Notes under the pieces: generated by a model | The model's input: only the letters and a program-made list of their open reading frames with translations | Database searches by the model: none | Told to the model about the DNA's origin: nothing | In this document: positions 48,176 through 58,504 of the stretch, piece after piece | How the letters are laid out: the number at the start of each line of letters is the position of its first letter | How positions within the stretch are numbered: the stretch's first letter is position 1 | Made by a program: the position numbers and the translations under genes | DNA from: Pseudomonadota bacterium | GTDB lineage: Bacteria; Pseudomonadota; Alphaproteobacteria; Rhizobiales; Tepidamorphaceae | NCBI GenBank assembly: GCA_023458595.1 | Contig: JAEWYT010000121.1 | Coordinates: 2,983 to 66,982 of the forward strand | Length of the DNA: 64,000 bases | Direction of reading: 5' to 3'

Positions 48176-50506
48176 ATGGCAGGCGTCGGATTCCGGGTAC
48201 GCGGACTCGTGCAGGGCGTCGGCTTTCGCCCGCATGTCTGGCGTCTCGCCCATGAACTCGGGCTGACTGGCGAGGTCCTGAACGACGGCGAGGGCGTGCT
48301 GATCTCGGCCTACGGCGATCCGGCCGCGCTCGCCGGATTCCGCGAAAGGCTGTCGAGAGAGGCGCCGCCGCTGTCGCGCATCGACGTCATCGAGGAAAGC
48401 GTGCTTGCCGGAACGCCGCCCGGCACGGATTTCGTCATCGTCGAGAGCCGGCCGGGCCGGGTGCGCACCGGCATCGTCCCGGATGCGGCGACCTGCCCGC
48501 AGTGCCTCGCCGACATCCGCGATCCCGGCAATCGCCGCTACCGCTATCCCTTCGCCAACTGCACCCATTGCGGCCCGCGCCTGTCGATCGTCCGGGCGAT
48601 CCCCTACGACCGCGCGAACACCAGCATGGCCGCCTTCCCGATGTGCCCGGCCTGCGCCGCCGAGTACGCCGATCCCGCCGACCGCCGCTTCCATGCCCAG
48701 CCGAACGCCTGCCCCGCGTGCGGCCCGGGACTGTGGCTGGAAGGTCCGGCGGGCGAGCTGGCCGAAGGCGAGACGGTCGAGGGCGATCCGATCGAAAGGG
48801 CCCGCGCCCTGATCCTCGACGGCGCCATCGTCGCGGTGAAGGGCATCGGCGGCTTCCACCTCGCCTGCGACGCCGCCGACGGCGATGCGGTCGAGCGCCT
48901 GCGTGCGCGCAAGCACCGCTACGCCAAGCCGTTCGCCCTGATGGCCCGCGACCTGGCGACGGTCGCGGAGTACGCGGACCTCTCGGATGCGGAAGCCGGC
49001 ATGCTGGCGAGCGCGGCCGCCCCCATCGTGGTGCTCGAAACCAGGCGGGACCGGACGCAATTGCCGGCCGCCGTCGCACCCGGCCGGCGCAGCCTCGGCT
49101 TCATGCTGCCCTATACGCCGCTGCACCATCTGCTGATGGACGGACTGGACCGGCCGGTCGTGCTCACCTCCGGCAACCGCAGCGACGAGCCGCAGGCGAT
49201 CGGCAACGACGAGGCCCGGGAGCGCCTGGGGCCGATCGCGGACTGGTGGCTCATGCACGACCGCGACATCGTCAACCGTCTCGACGATTCCGTGGTCCGG
49301 GTCATGGCCGGCGCACCGACGGTGCTGCGGGGCGGACGCGGGCTGGCACCGGCGACATTTCCGCTGCCCGCGGGTTTCGCGGGGGCTGCGACCGGGCTGG
49401 GGATGGGCGGCGAGCTGAAGGCGACTTTTTGCCTTCTCAAGGAGGGCGAGGCGATCCTTTCCCAGCACATCGGCGATCTGGAGGAAGCGAGCGTCCACGC
49501 CGACTATCGCCGGAACCTCGAGCTCTATCGCCAGATATTCGATTTCGATCCGGCAGTCGTCGCTGTCGATATGCATCCCGACTACCTGTCGGCCCAATGG
49601 GGCCGGAATCTCGTGGAAAACGAGGGTTTGCGCCTCGAGGAGGTCCAGCACCACCACGCCCATATCGCGTCCTGCATGGCCGAGCACGGCCTCGATCTCG
49701 ACCATCCGCCGGTGCTCGGAATCGTCCTGGACGGCCTCGGCCACGGGGCCGACGGAACGGTGTGGGGCGGCGAATTCCTCCTGGCCGACTACCGCGGTTT
49801 CGACCGGCTCGCCCATTTCATGCCCGCCCCGCTGATCGGCGGCACGAAGGCGATGAAGCAGCCCTGGCGAAACGCCTACGCGTTCCTCGATACCTGCCTC
49901 GGCTGGCAGGAAGTCCTTGAAGATCATGCCGAATTGCCGATCGTCGCGTTGGTGCGCACGAAGTCGCCCGCGATCCTCCGCCGGATGATCGAGCAGGGGC
50001 TCAACACGCCGATGGCGGTCTCCGCCGGCCGGCTTTTCGATGCCGCCGCCGCGATCCTCGGCATCTGCCCGGACTCGATTGCCTACGAGGGCCAGGCGGC
50101 GATCGAGATGGAGGCGCTGGCGGCCGTCGCCGACGACCATCGCGGCTACGGCCATGCGATCCGGCAGGGGGTTCCGGCCGTCATCGACTGGACGCCGCTA
50201 TGGCGAGAGATGCTCGCCGACCTGTCCGGCGGGACGCCCCGGCAAACGGTCGCCGCACGCTTCCACAACGGCGTCGCGGCCGCCGTCGCCGGGATGGCGA
50301 AGGCGCTCGCGGCCGGCTGCGATTTCGAGAAAATCGTGCTCTCCGGCGGCGTTTTCCAGAACCGGCTGCTGCTCGAAGGCGTCGCGGCGCGGCTTCGTTC
50401 GGCAGGACTCCAGGTGCTGATCCACCGGCAGGTCCCGCCGAACGATGGCGGCATCGCCCTCGGCCAGGCGGTCATCGCCGCGGCCCGGTCACTCGGAGCG
50501 GGCTGA
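48176..50506 (+). CDS. hypF: Carbamoyltransferase HypF
   Basis: 776 aa with an acylphosphatase domain (VRGLVQGVGFRPHVWRLA), two CxxC zinc-finger pairs (CPQC...CTHCGPR; CPAC...CPACGP), a YrdC-like domain and a Kae1-like domain. Confidence 0.92.
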   Translation: MAGVGFRVRGLVQGVGFRPHVWRLAHELGLTGEVLNDGEGVLISAYGDPAALAGFRERLSREAPPLSRIDVIEESVLAGTPPGTDFVIVESRPGRVRTGIVPDAATCPQCLADIRDPGNRRYRYPFANCTHCGPRLSIVRAIPYDRANTSMAAFPMCPACAAEYADPADRRFHAQPNACPACGPGLWLEGPAGELAEGETVEGDPIERARALILDGAIVAVKGIGGFHLACDAADGDAVERLRARKHRYAKPFALMARDLATVAEYADLSDAEAGMLASAAAPIVVLETRRDRTQLPAAVAPGRRSLGFMLPYTPLHHLLMDGLDRPVVLTSGNRSDEPQAIGNDEARERLGPIADWWLMHDRDIVNRLDDSVVRVMAGAPTVLRGGRGLAPATFPLPAGFAGAATGLGMGGELKATFCLLKEGEAILSQHIGDLEEASVHADYRRNLELYRQIFDFDPAVVAVDMHPDYLSAQWGRNLVENEGLRLEEVQHHHAHIASCMAEHGLDLDHPPVLGIVLDGLGHGADGTVWGGEFLLADYRGFDRLAHFMPAPLIGGTKAMKQPWRNAYAFLDTCLGWQEVLEDHAELPIVALVRTKSPAILRRMIEQGLNTPMAVSAGRLFDAAAAILGICPDSIAYEGQAAIEMEALAAVADDHRGYGHAIRQGVPAVIDWTPLWREMLADLSGGTPRQTVAARFHNGVAAAVAGMAKALAAGCDFEKIVLSGGVFQNRLLLEGVAARLRSAGLQVLIHRQVPPNDGGIALGQAVIAAARSLGAG

Positions 50507-50847
50507 ACGTCCCGATTGTGCCGCCGGCCCGAGAAGAGACGGCGACGAGGCGTTCTCGCACTCCCGTAGCGATCGTCTCCGCGTCCGGCCCCGCCGCCGA
50601 GGATCGGCCCTTCGTCATCGGCCTGAGGGCCCGCACGTAGCGGGTGCGCGGACCTCTGCCGCGCGGGACATCCGAGGAACTTCGGGACGATCCGTTCGAA
50701 TACAAACAGTCGGCAAAAAAACAGACCGTTTGATATACGCCCGTACTCGCGAACGTGCGGACGCCCGCGGTATGGTCCACCATTCAACGACAGGCCCCCG
50801 ACCGCTCGCAGCGGATCGGAAGGCCGAGAATGGGAGGAACGGACGTT

Positions 50848-52101
50848 ATGAAATCCAGCTTGTTCTGTGCGGTTGCAGCCACCGCTCTTCTGATGGCCGC
50901 CGGCACCAACGCCGCCGAACCGCTCAAGATCGGCGTGACGGCGACGCTAGAAGGTACGTACACCGTGCTCGGGGAGGACGGCATGCGCGGCTTCGAGGTC
51001 GCGCTGCGGGAGCACAACAAGATGGCCGGTGGCCGGCCGCTCGAGATCATCGTCGCCTCGACGGACGCGAGCCCCGACTCCGCGGTGCGCGCGGTCCGCA
51101 AGCTCGTCGAGCAGGACAAGGTCGACGTCGTCGTCTCGCCGCTGTCCGGCGACGAGGGCATCGCGGTCAAGAACTACGCCAAGACGCAGCCGCAGATGAC
51201 CTTCATCAACGGCGGGTCGGGCGCGCAGGAGACGACCTTCGTCGATCCGTCGGAAAACTTCTTCCGCTTCAACATGGACGGCGCCCAGTGGTCCGCCGGC
51301 CTTGGCAACTATATCTACAACAACAAGGGCTGGAAGAAGATTGCCACGATCGGCGAGGACTACTCCTTCGTCTACACGCAGGTATTCGGCCTCGCGGTCG
51401 AGTACTGCAGCGCCGGCGGCGAGATTTCGGAGCGGTTCTGGGTCCCGCTCGGCACCAAGGACTTCTCGTCGATCATCGCCGCGCTGCCTGACGACGTCGA
51501 CGCCATCTATCTCGGCCTTGGCGGCGGCGACGCCGTCAACTTCCTGAACCAGTACGCCCAGGCCGGCGGCGACGCCCACTTCCTCGGCGGCTCGATCATG
51601 GTCGACCAGACCGTGCTGTCGTCGAAGGGCAAGGCCAAGGAACTCCTGCTCGGCACCCCGGCCGCGTCCGGCCAGGCCGACACCTGGGACAATCCGAAGT
51701 GGCAGGCCTTCGTGAAGGCCTATCAGGACGCGTTCCCGCCGGAGAAGCGCTTCGCCGGCCCCTCGCTGCTCGCCACCAACTACTATGACGCTGCGACCGC
51801 CGTGTTCAACGCGCTCGACCAGGTCAACGGCGACCTGAGCGACGGTCAGGCGAAGTTCCGCGACGCACTGAAGAACATGGTTCTCGACGCGCCGAACGGC
51901 GAGATCAAGCTCGACGAGAACCGCCAGGCGATCGGCACCAACTTCGTCACCGAAGTGATCGCCGACAAGGACGGCAACCTGGTCTCCAAGGTCGTGGACG
52001 TGGTCCCGAACGTGAACCAGACGCTCGGTATCCCGCTGGACGAGTTCAAGAAAATCGGCCTGCCGAGCCGCGACGTTCCGGAGTGCAAGAAGTACAAGTA
52101 A
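50848..52101 (+). CDS. Liv-type (branched-chain amino acid family) ABC transporter substrate-binding protein
   Basis: 417 aa with a GGGAGGA RBS, a signal peptide (ATALLMAAGTNAAEP) and a type I PBP pattern (LKIGVTATLEGTYTVLGEDG). Confidence 0.85.
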   Translation: MKSSLFCAVAATALLMAAGTNAAEPLKIGVTATLEGTYTVLGEDGMRGFEVALREHNKMAGGRPLEIIVASTDASPDSAVRAVRKLVEQDKVDVVVSPLSGDEGIAVKNYAKTQPQMTFINGGSGAQETTFVDPSENFFRFNMDGAQWSAGLGNYIYNNKGWKKIATIGEDYSFVYTQVFGLAVEYCSAGGEISERFWVPLGTKDFSSIIAALPDDVDAIYLGLGGGDAVNFLNQYAQAGGDAHFLGGSIMVDQTVLSSKGKAKELLLGTPAASGQADTWDNPKWQAFVKAYQDAFPPEKRFAGPSLLATNYYDAATAVFNALDQVNGDLSDGQAKFRDALKNMVLDAPNGEIKLDENRQAIGTNFVTEVIADKDGNLVSKVVDVVPNVNQTLGIPLDEFKKIGLPSRDVPECKKYK

Positions 52102-52291
52102 GGCACTCGCCGGAATGGACGTGGCGGCGTGCCGCGAGGCCGCCGCAGGAGTGACGAGGGTCCCGTGCCGTGGGGGCGGCGCGGGGCTTTCGCGTGCCTT
52201 GCCCGCCACAACGTATACGAAATCCGTAGCCAGCCACCAAAAGCTGGACCATACTCAAAAGAAAAAGCCGAAAATCCAAAGGGAGGAGCCG

Positions 52292-53122
52292 TTGAGCACA
52301 GCAATTTCTGTGTACCACGGCCACTTCGGCCGTGCGACGCTTTACGCGCTTGATCGCGCGATGATCAAGCACGCCCACCGGGAAGGTCACCTGACCTTCT
52401 GGGTCCAGGGCGGGCTGTCGACCATAGCGATCAAGGACGTCCCCTGCGTGCTATCACCCGAGACGGGGGCGGCGGTGAATTCGTGGGAGCTTCACTCCTA
52501 CGATCCGCACGAATGTGAGGTCCGCCAGCACTGTCTGGTCCTCTACATCAGGCCGGAGTGGTTCTTGAACTTCAGCCGGTCCACGTGCGGCGCGTTGAAA
52601 TTCGGCCGCCCCGAGGTCGAGATGACACCGCTGATCGTCCGGCTGGTCGCCCATGTCGTCCACCTGCTGACCGACCCGCACGGCAGCGATCTCCTGGACG
52701 GCTATCTCTACGAGCTGACGTCGGCCTGTTTCGAGCAGACCCACACCTGGGTGCCGGGCGCCCAGGAGGTCGGAGACGAGAGCCGCATCAACGACTTCCG
52801 CGTCCGCAAGTCGATCCGGCTGATGACCGAGAATGTCGGCCAGATCATGGGTCTCGACGACGTCGCCAGCGAGTCGGGCCTGTCGCGCCCGCACTTCTTC
52901 AAGCTGTTCCGCAGCCAGACCGGCGTCACGCCCAAGCTGTTCTGGAACACGATCCGCATGGAGCGGGCGCTGGCCGAGCTGGCGGAGTCGCCGAAGTCGA
53001 TCACCGACATAAGCCTCGACCTCGGTTTTTCCTCGCAGTCGAGCTTCACGCGGTTCTTCGTGCTGAACACGGGGCTCGCGCCGACCGAGTACCGACGGGT
53101 CGCGCACGTGTTGCACTCCTGA
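52292..53122 (+). CDS. AraC family transcriptional regulator
   Basis: About 276 aa with a TTG start preceded by GGGAGGAG. The C-terminal double HTH is present (ESGLSRPHFFKLFRSQTGVTPKLFW ... DLGFSSQSSFTRFFVLNTGLAPTEYRR). Confidence 0.8.
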   Translation: MSTAISVYHGHFGRATLYALDRAMIKHAHREGHLTFWVQGGLSTIAIKDVPCVLSPETGAAVNSWELHSYDPHECEVRQHCLVLYIRPEWFLNFSRSTCGALKFGRPEVEMTPLIVRLVAHVVHLLTDPHGSDLLDGYLYELTSACFEQTHTWVPGAQEVGDESRINDFRVRKSIRLMTENVGQIMGLDDVASESGLSRPHFFKLFRSQTGVTPKLFWNTIRMERALAELAESPKSITDISLDLGFSSQSSFTRFFVLNTGLAPTEYRRVAHVLHS

Positions 53123-53390
53123 CGCTGCCCGCGTCCGGACGGTCTTTCGAAAAGAGACTGTTTGGCATGCGCCGATCGCGGGCGGTGTCTAAGTTTGAAC
53201 AACGGGGGAGGGCCCCTGCGGGAAAACCGCCGCAAGGAGACTGGCGTGCGAGTGCGCCAGCCGACGAAGAACGGCGAACGGGGAAAGGAGACGCGGTCAT
53301 GGGCGCGCGTACGGCGATAGCTTCCGGCACACGTCGGTCGGGCGCCGGTCGCGCGCACGCACGGCCGGCCCGTTGTTTCCGGAGAACTGG

Positions 53391-54401
53391 ATGAGCCGGT
53401 TCTTCGAGCGCCACCCGATCTGGTCGATCGTCATCGTGCTCGCCGCCGCCCTGGTGCTGTGGCTGATCATCGCGCCTTGGCCCGAATGGCTCGAGACACT
53501 GATCGATCGCAAGAAGGTCTTCGTCAACGCGGTGTTCAACGGGGTGACGCTCGGCGCGCTCTATTTCCTCGTCGCCTCGGGCTTCACCCTGATCTTCGGC
53601 CTGATGCGCAACGTCAACCTGGCGCATGGCTCTCTCTATCTGTTCGGCGGCTATCTCGGCTACACGGTCACGGCGGCGACCGGCAGCTGGTATCTCGCCT
53701 TCGTCGTCGCCTTCGCCGCCATGGCCCTCTTCGGCATCGTTCTGCAGGTCGGCGTGTTCCGCCGCATGGAAGGCGAGGAGCTGCGCCAGACGCTGGTGAC
53801 GATCGGCATCTCGATCGTCCTCGCCGACGTGATGCTTTGGATCTGGGGCGGCGACTTCTACCAGGTCGAGCCGCCCGGCTGGCTGTTCGGCGCGGTCGAT
53901 CTGCCGATCATCACCGCGGTGAAGAGCGACGGCACGGCGGTCTACATGAAGTATCCGGCGGTGCGAATATTCATCCTGATCGCCTCGATCATCGTCGGGG
54001 TGCTGATGTGGCTCGCGCTCAACCGCACCAGGATCGGCATGATGATCCGCGCCGGCGTCGACGACCGCGACATGCTGTCGGCGACTGGCGTGCCCATTCA
54101 GCTCGTGTTCGTCGCGGTCTTCGCGGTCGGCGCGGGGCTTGCCGGCGTCGCCGGCGTCGTCGGCGGTACGTTCCAGGCTCTGGCGCCCGGCGTCGACACG
54201 CGATTCCTGCTCGCTTCCCTCGTCGTCGTCATCGTCGGCGGGATGGGTTCGATTCCAGGCGCCGCGATCGGCGCCGTTCTCATCGGCCTCTCCGAGCAGC
54301 TCGGCTCGGTCTACGTCCCGACCTACGCCGTCGTGCTGACGTTTCTTATCATGGTGATCGTGCTGGCTTTCCGCCCGCAGGGACTCCTTGGCAGGAGGTG
54401 A
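53391..54401 (+). CDS. LivH-type ABC transporter permease
   Basis: About 336-aa polytopic ORF with LivH motifs (GVTLGALYFLVASGFTLIFGLMRNVNLAHG). An alternative ATG lies at 53373. Confidence 0.88.
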   Translation: MSRFFERHPIWSIVIVLAAALVLWLIIAPWPEWLETLIDRKKVFVNAVFNGVTLGALYFLVASGFTLIFGLMRNVNLAHGSLYLFGGYLGYTVTAATGSWYLAFVVAFAAMALFGIVLQVGVFRRMEGEELRQTLVTIGISIVLADVMLWIWGGDFYQVEPPGWLFGAVDLPIITAVKSDGTAVYMKYPAVRIFILIASIIVGVLMWLALNRTRIGMMIRAGVDDRDMLSATGVPIQLVFVAVFAVGAGLAGVAGVVGGTFQALAPGVDTRFLLASLVVVIVGGMGSIPGAAIGAVLIGLSEQLGSVYVPTYAVVLTFLIMVIVLAFRPQGLLGRR

Positions 54402-54404
54402 GCG

Positions 54405-55508
54405 ATGGCGGTGCTCGATCAGGACCCGGCAGGCAGTCGAACGGGCGTCCGCGCGTCTGATGGCGCCTCGCTCCCCGTCTGGCTGCGCGGCATCGACCCG
54501 GGCGTCTGGCTCGTCGGCCTGTTTCTCCTGTTCGTGCCGGCATTCACCAACGACTTCATCCAGTTCCAGATCTTCGGCTGGAGTTTCGTGCTCGGCATGA
54601 TCGCGCTGAGCCTGATGTTCCTTGCGGGCTACGGCGGCATGGTGTCGCTCGTGCAGATGACCGTCGCCTGCGTCGCCGGCTACATGACCGCGATCTTCGG
54701 CCATAGCGCCTTCGAGTCGATCAGCTTCTTCTGGCCGCTGTGGATCGCGGTGCCGATCGCGATCCTCGTCGCCGTCGTCTTCGGCACCCTCACCGGCGCG
54801 CTCGCCGTGCGCACCACCGGCATCTACACGATCATGATCACGCTCGCGATCGCGGCGGCCTTCTACTATTTCGGCGAGCAGAACTACTCGATCCTGAACG
54901 GCCATCAGGGGTTCAACAGCGTGGCGGCGCCGATCGTGTTCGGCATCGATTTCCACGACTCGACGCCCTTCTACTACCTCTCGCTCTGCCTGGCCGCGCT
55001 CAGCTATTTCGTGGTGCTCTATATCTCGCGCTCGCCCTTCGGCCTGGCCCTCCAGGGTATCCGCGACAATCCGCGCCGCATGGCGGCAATCGGCTTCAAC
55101 GTCACGGCCCACCGCATCGCGGCATACGCGTTCGCCGCTTTCATCGCCGCGATCGCCGGTATCCTGCTCACCTGGCAGAACGGTCAGATCTCGCCGTTCA
55201 CGGCCGGCATCGGCCCGGTCATCGACATCCTGGTGATCGCCGTCATCGGCGGCCTCGGCCATCCGATAGGCCCGTTCATCGGCGCGCTCATCTACGTGGT
55301 GCTGCGCACGTTCGCGATCGACATTCTCCAGAACGTCGGCCTGGATCCGTCCCGCTTCAACCTGCTCGTCGGCTTCGGTTTCCTGGTGATCGTGTTCTGG
55401 TCGCCGGACGGCGTGCTCGGCCTGTGGACGCGCTGGCGCGACCGGTCGCGCGACCGCGACCCGCTGACCGGTGCCCAGAACACGGGCGACCGGCGGGAGG
55501 GCCCGTGA
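54405..55508 (+). CDS. LivM-type ABC transporter permease
   Basis: 367-aa polytopic ORF (LAGYGGMVSLVQMTV), starting 3 nt after the LivH-like stop. Confidence 0.88.
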   Translation: MAVLDQDPAGSRTGVRASDGASLPVWLRGIDPGVWLVGLFLLFVPAFTNDFIQFQIFGWSFVLGMIALSLMFLAGYGGMVSLVQMTVACVAGYMTAIFGHSAFESISFFWPLWIAVPIAILVAVVFGTLTGALAVRTTGIYTIMITLAIAAAFYYFGEQNYSILNGHQGFNSVAAPIVFGIDFHDSTPFYYLSLCLAALSYFVVLYISRSPFGLALQGIRDNPRRMAAIGFNVTAHRIAAYAFAAFIAAIAGILLTWQNGQISPFTAGIGPVIDILVIAVIGGLGHPIGPFIGALIYVVLRTFAIDILQNVGLDPSRFNLLVGFGFLVIVFWSPDGVLGLWTRWRDRSRDRDPLTGAQNTGDRREGP

Positions 55509-56296
55509 TGGCGGAAAGCGTCGCCCAGCGCCTCTCCACGGCCGGAGCCGCCAACGCGCTGGAGCTGCGCGGCGTCTCGCGCATGTTCGGCGCGCTCGCG
55601 GCGATGACCGACGTCACGATGACCGTGCGCCCCGGCGAGCGCCGCGCCGTGCTCGGCTCGAACGGCGCCGGCAAGACGACGCTCTTCAACTGCATCACCG
55701 GCGACTTCCTGCCGACGTCCGGCACGATCCGGCTGTTCGGCGAGGACGTGACGGCCTTTCCCGCCTACGAGCGCATCCGCCGGGGGCTCAGGCGCACCTA
55801 CCAGATATCGCTTCTGTTCGGCGGCCTGAGCGTCCTCGACAACATCTATCTCGCCTGCCGGGGCGTCTCGCGCGGACGGTTCTCGCTGCTGAGGCCACGC
55901 CGCAACGACGCGTTGGTCAACGCGGCGGAGGAACTCCTCGACGCCGTCCACCTGACCTCGGCGCGCGACACGCTGGTCTCGCAGCTGTCCTACGGCCAGC
56001 AGCGCCAGCTCGAGATCGCGCTCGCGCTCGCCGGCGCGCCGCGCTTCATCCTGTTCGATGAACCCGCCGCCGGCCTGTCGCCGACCGAGCGGCGTGAACT
56101 GATCGCCATCCTCTCGGGCCTGCCGGAGCACATCGGCTTCATCATCATCGAGCACGACATGGACGTGGCGCTGCGCGTCGCCGAGAGCGTGACGATGATG
56201 CACAACGGGCGCATCTTCAAGGAAGGCACGCCGGCGGAAATCGAGGACGATCCGGAAGTGCAGGCGCTCTATCTCGGAGGCGGCCACCATGGCTGA
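55508..56296 (+). CDS. LivG-type ABC transporter ATP-binding protein
   Basis: 262 aa with Walker A GSNGAGKTT, signature LSYGQQRQLEIA and Walker B ILFDEP. The ATG overlaps the upstream TGA. Confidence 0.9.
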   Translation: MAESVAQRLSTAGAANALELRGVSRMFGALAAMTDVTMTVRPGERRAVLGSNGAGKTTLFNCITGDFLPTSGTIRLFGEDVTAFPAYERIRRGLRRTYQISLLFGGLSVLDNIYLACRGVSRGRFSLLRPRRNDALVNAAEELLDAVHLTSARDTLVSQLSYGQQRQLEIALALAGAPRFILFDEPAAGLSPTERRELIAILSGLPEHIGFIIIEHDMDVALRVAESVTMMHNGRIFKEGTPAEIEDDPEVQALYLGGGHHG

Positions 56297-58496
56297 GCGC
56301 GAGCGCACCGGCACGCCCGTCCTCGATATCCGGGGCCTCAACGTCTACTACGGGGCCTCCCACGCGCTGCAGGGCGTCGACCTGCAGCTCAAGGGCGGGG
56401 CGCTCGCCGTCGTCGGCCGCAACGGCATGGGCAAGACGACGCTCTGCAAGGCCATCATGGGGCTCGTGCCGATCGCCTCGGGCTCGATCCGCTTCGCCGG
56501 CCAGGAGCTCGCCGGCCGGTCGCCCGCCGATATCGCCCGCCTCGGCATCGGCTACGTGCCGCAAGGGCGACGACTGTGGCGCTCGCTGACGGTCGACGAA
56601 CATCTGCGCATGGTCTCGACCGGCCATGCCGGCTCCTGGACGATCGAACGCATCTACTCGACGTTCCCGAGGCTCGCCGAGCGCCGCACCAACGGCGGCG
56701 GCCAGCTTTCGGGCGGCGAGCAGCAAATGCTGGCGATCGCCCGCGCGCTGCTTCTCAACCCGCAGCTCCTCGTCATGGACGAGCCGACCGAGGGTCTGGC
56801 GCCCGTCATCGTCGCCCAGGTCGAGGAACTGCTCATGAACCTCGCCGAGACGGGTGACGTCAACGTCCTCCTGATCGAGCAGAACATCGGCGTCGCCACC
56901 GAAGTCGCGCCGCAGGTCGCGATCATGGTCAACGGCCGTATCAACCGGCTCATCGAGTCCGGCCAGCTCGCCGGCGACCGCGACATGCAGCAGCGCCTCC
57001 TCGGCGTCGGCCGCCATGCCCACGACGAGACGCCGGATACGGAAACGCCCGCGAGGGCCGCGGCGGACCGGCGGGCGGCATCGGAGCACGGGCCGGTCCG
57101 TATCTACATGTCCAACCCCAAGCCGCCGACGCGCTGGTCGCAGCCGGTGTCCGTGCGCCAGATCGAGCAGTCGGCGCGTATCGTCTCCGCGCCGCGCATC
57201 CCCGGCGCGGAGGCCGGCATGCCGCACGCCGAGCTGCGGCCGCTCGCCTCGCCCGGCGAGAACATCGTCCTCGTCGCCGGTACGCTCGACACCAAGGGCG
57301 CGGAGCTGCGCTTCATCCGCGACGTCATCCGCGAGCACGGTCTTCCCGTTCGCATGGTCGATCTTTCGACGTCGGGCCGCCATTCCGGCGCGGAGATCCC
57401 GGCGCATCAGATCGCCGCCTTCCATCCGCGTGGCGCCAGCGGCGTGTTCACCAACGATCGCGGCGAGTCGGTTGCCGGCATGACGCTCGCCTTCGAGCGC
57501 TGGGTGGCGCGGCAGAGCGGCATCGCCGGCATCATCTCGGCCGGCGGCTCGGGGGGTACGGCGATCGTCGCGCCCGCCATGCGCGCGCTGCCCATAGGCA
57601 CGCCCAAGCTGATCGTCTCCACCGTCGCCTCGGGCGACGTGCGCCGCTACGTCGGCCCCTCGGACATCACCATGATGTACTCGGTCGCCGATGTTCAGGG
57701 CCTGAACTCGATCACCCGCCTTGTGCTGCGCAACGCCGCCGCGGCGATGGCCGGAATGGTCCGCGACCGGCGCGAGCATGCGCGCAGGGAGTCCGGAGCC
57801 GTCAAGCCCGCCGTCGGCCTCACCATGTTCGGCGTGACGACACCCTGTGTGCGTCAGGTCGCCGACGCGCTGGAGGGGGACTACGACTGCCTCGTCTTCC
57901 ACGCGACCGGCATCGGCGGCCAGTCGATGGAGAAGCTCGTCGACGGCGGCCAGATCCGCGCGGTGGTCGACATCACCACGACCGAGATCTGCGATATGGT
58001 CGCAGGCGGCATCTTCCCGGCGACCGCCGATCGCTTCGGCGCCATCATCCGCACCCGGATCCCGTACATCGGCTCCTGCGGCGCCCTCGACATGGTCAAT
58101 TTCGGTGCGCCCGACACGGTGCCGGAGAAATACCGCCACCGCACCTTCTATCACCACAACCCCCAGATCACGCTGATGCGCACGACGCCGGAGGAGAACG
58201 CGGAGATGGGCCGCTGGATCGGCGCGCGGCTCAACGAGATGGAAGGTCCGGTCCGCTTCTTCCTGCCCGAGGGCGGCGTCTCGCAGCTCGATCAGCCGGG
58301 CCAGCCCTTCCACGATCCCGCAGCCGACCGCGCGCTCTTCGCCGCGCTCGAGCAGACCGTGCGTCAGACCGCGACCCGGCAGCTGATACGGCTGCCCGGC
58401 AACATCAACGACCCCGCCTTTTCCGCAGAGCTCGTCGCCGCCTTCCGGGCGCTCCACGGCTCGACGCGGCCGAAACCGAGACGGGCGAGAAGGTGA
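56289..58496 (+). CDS. Fusion protein: LivF-type ABC ATPase (N-terminal ~240 aa) plus Tm-1-like UPF0261 ATP-binding domain (C-terminal ~410 aa)
   Basis: 735-aa continuous frame. The N-terminal part has [24 protein letters not shown] and LLVMDEPT. After a linker of ~90 aa, the C-terminal part has UPF0261 features ([60 protein letters not shown]). Confidence 0.8.
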   Translation: MAERERTGTPVLDIRGLNVYYGASHALQGVDLQLKGGALAVVGRNGMGKTTLCKAIMGLVPIASGSIRFAGQELAGRSPADIARLGIGYVPQGRRLWRSLTVDEHLRMVSTGHAGSWTIERIYSTFPRLAERRTNGGGQLSGGEQQMLAIARALLLNPQLLVMDEPTEGLAPVIVAQVEELLMNLAETGDVNVLLIEQNIGVATEVAPQVAIMVNGRINRLIESGQLAGDRDMQQRLLGVGRHAHDETPDTETPARAAADRRAASEHGPVRIYMSNPKPPTRWSQPVSVRQIEQSARIVSAPRIPGAEAGMPHAELRPLASPGENIVLVAGTLDTKGAELRFIRDVIREHGLPVRMVDLSTSGRHSGAEIPAHQIAAFHPRGASGVFTNDRGESVAGMTLAFERWVARQSGIAGIISAGGSGGTAIVAPAMRALPIGTPKLIVSTVASGDVRRYVGPSDITMMYSVADVQGLNSITRLVLRNAAAAMAGMVRDRREHARRESGAVKPAVGLTMFGVTTPCVRQVADALEGDYDCLVFHATGIGGQSMEKLVDGGQIRAVVDITTTEICDMVAGGIFPATADRFGAIIRTRIPYIGSCGALDMVNFGAPDTVPEKYRHRTFYHHNPQITLMRTTPEENAEMGRWIGARLNEMEGPVRFFLPEGGVSQLDQPGQPFHDPAADRALFAALEQTVRQTATRQLIRLPGNINDPAFSAELVAAFRALHGSTRPKPRRARR

Positions 58497-58504
58497 CCGC
58501 GCGA

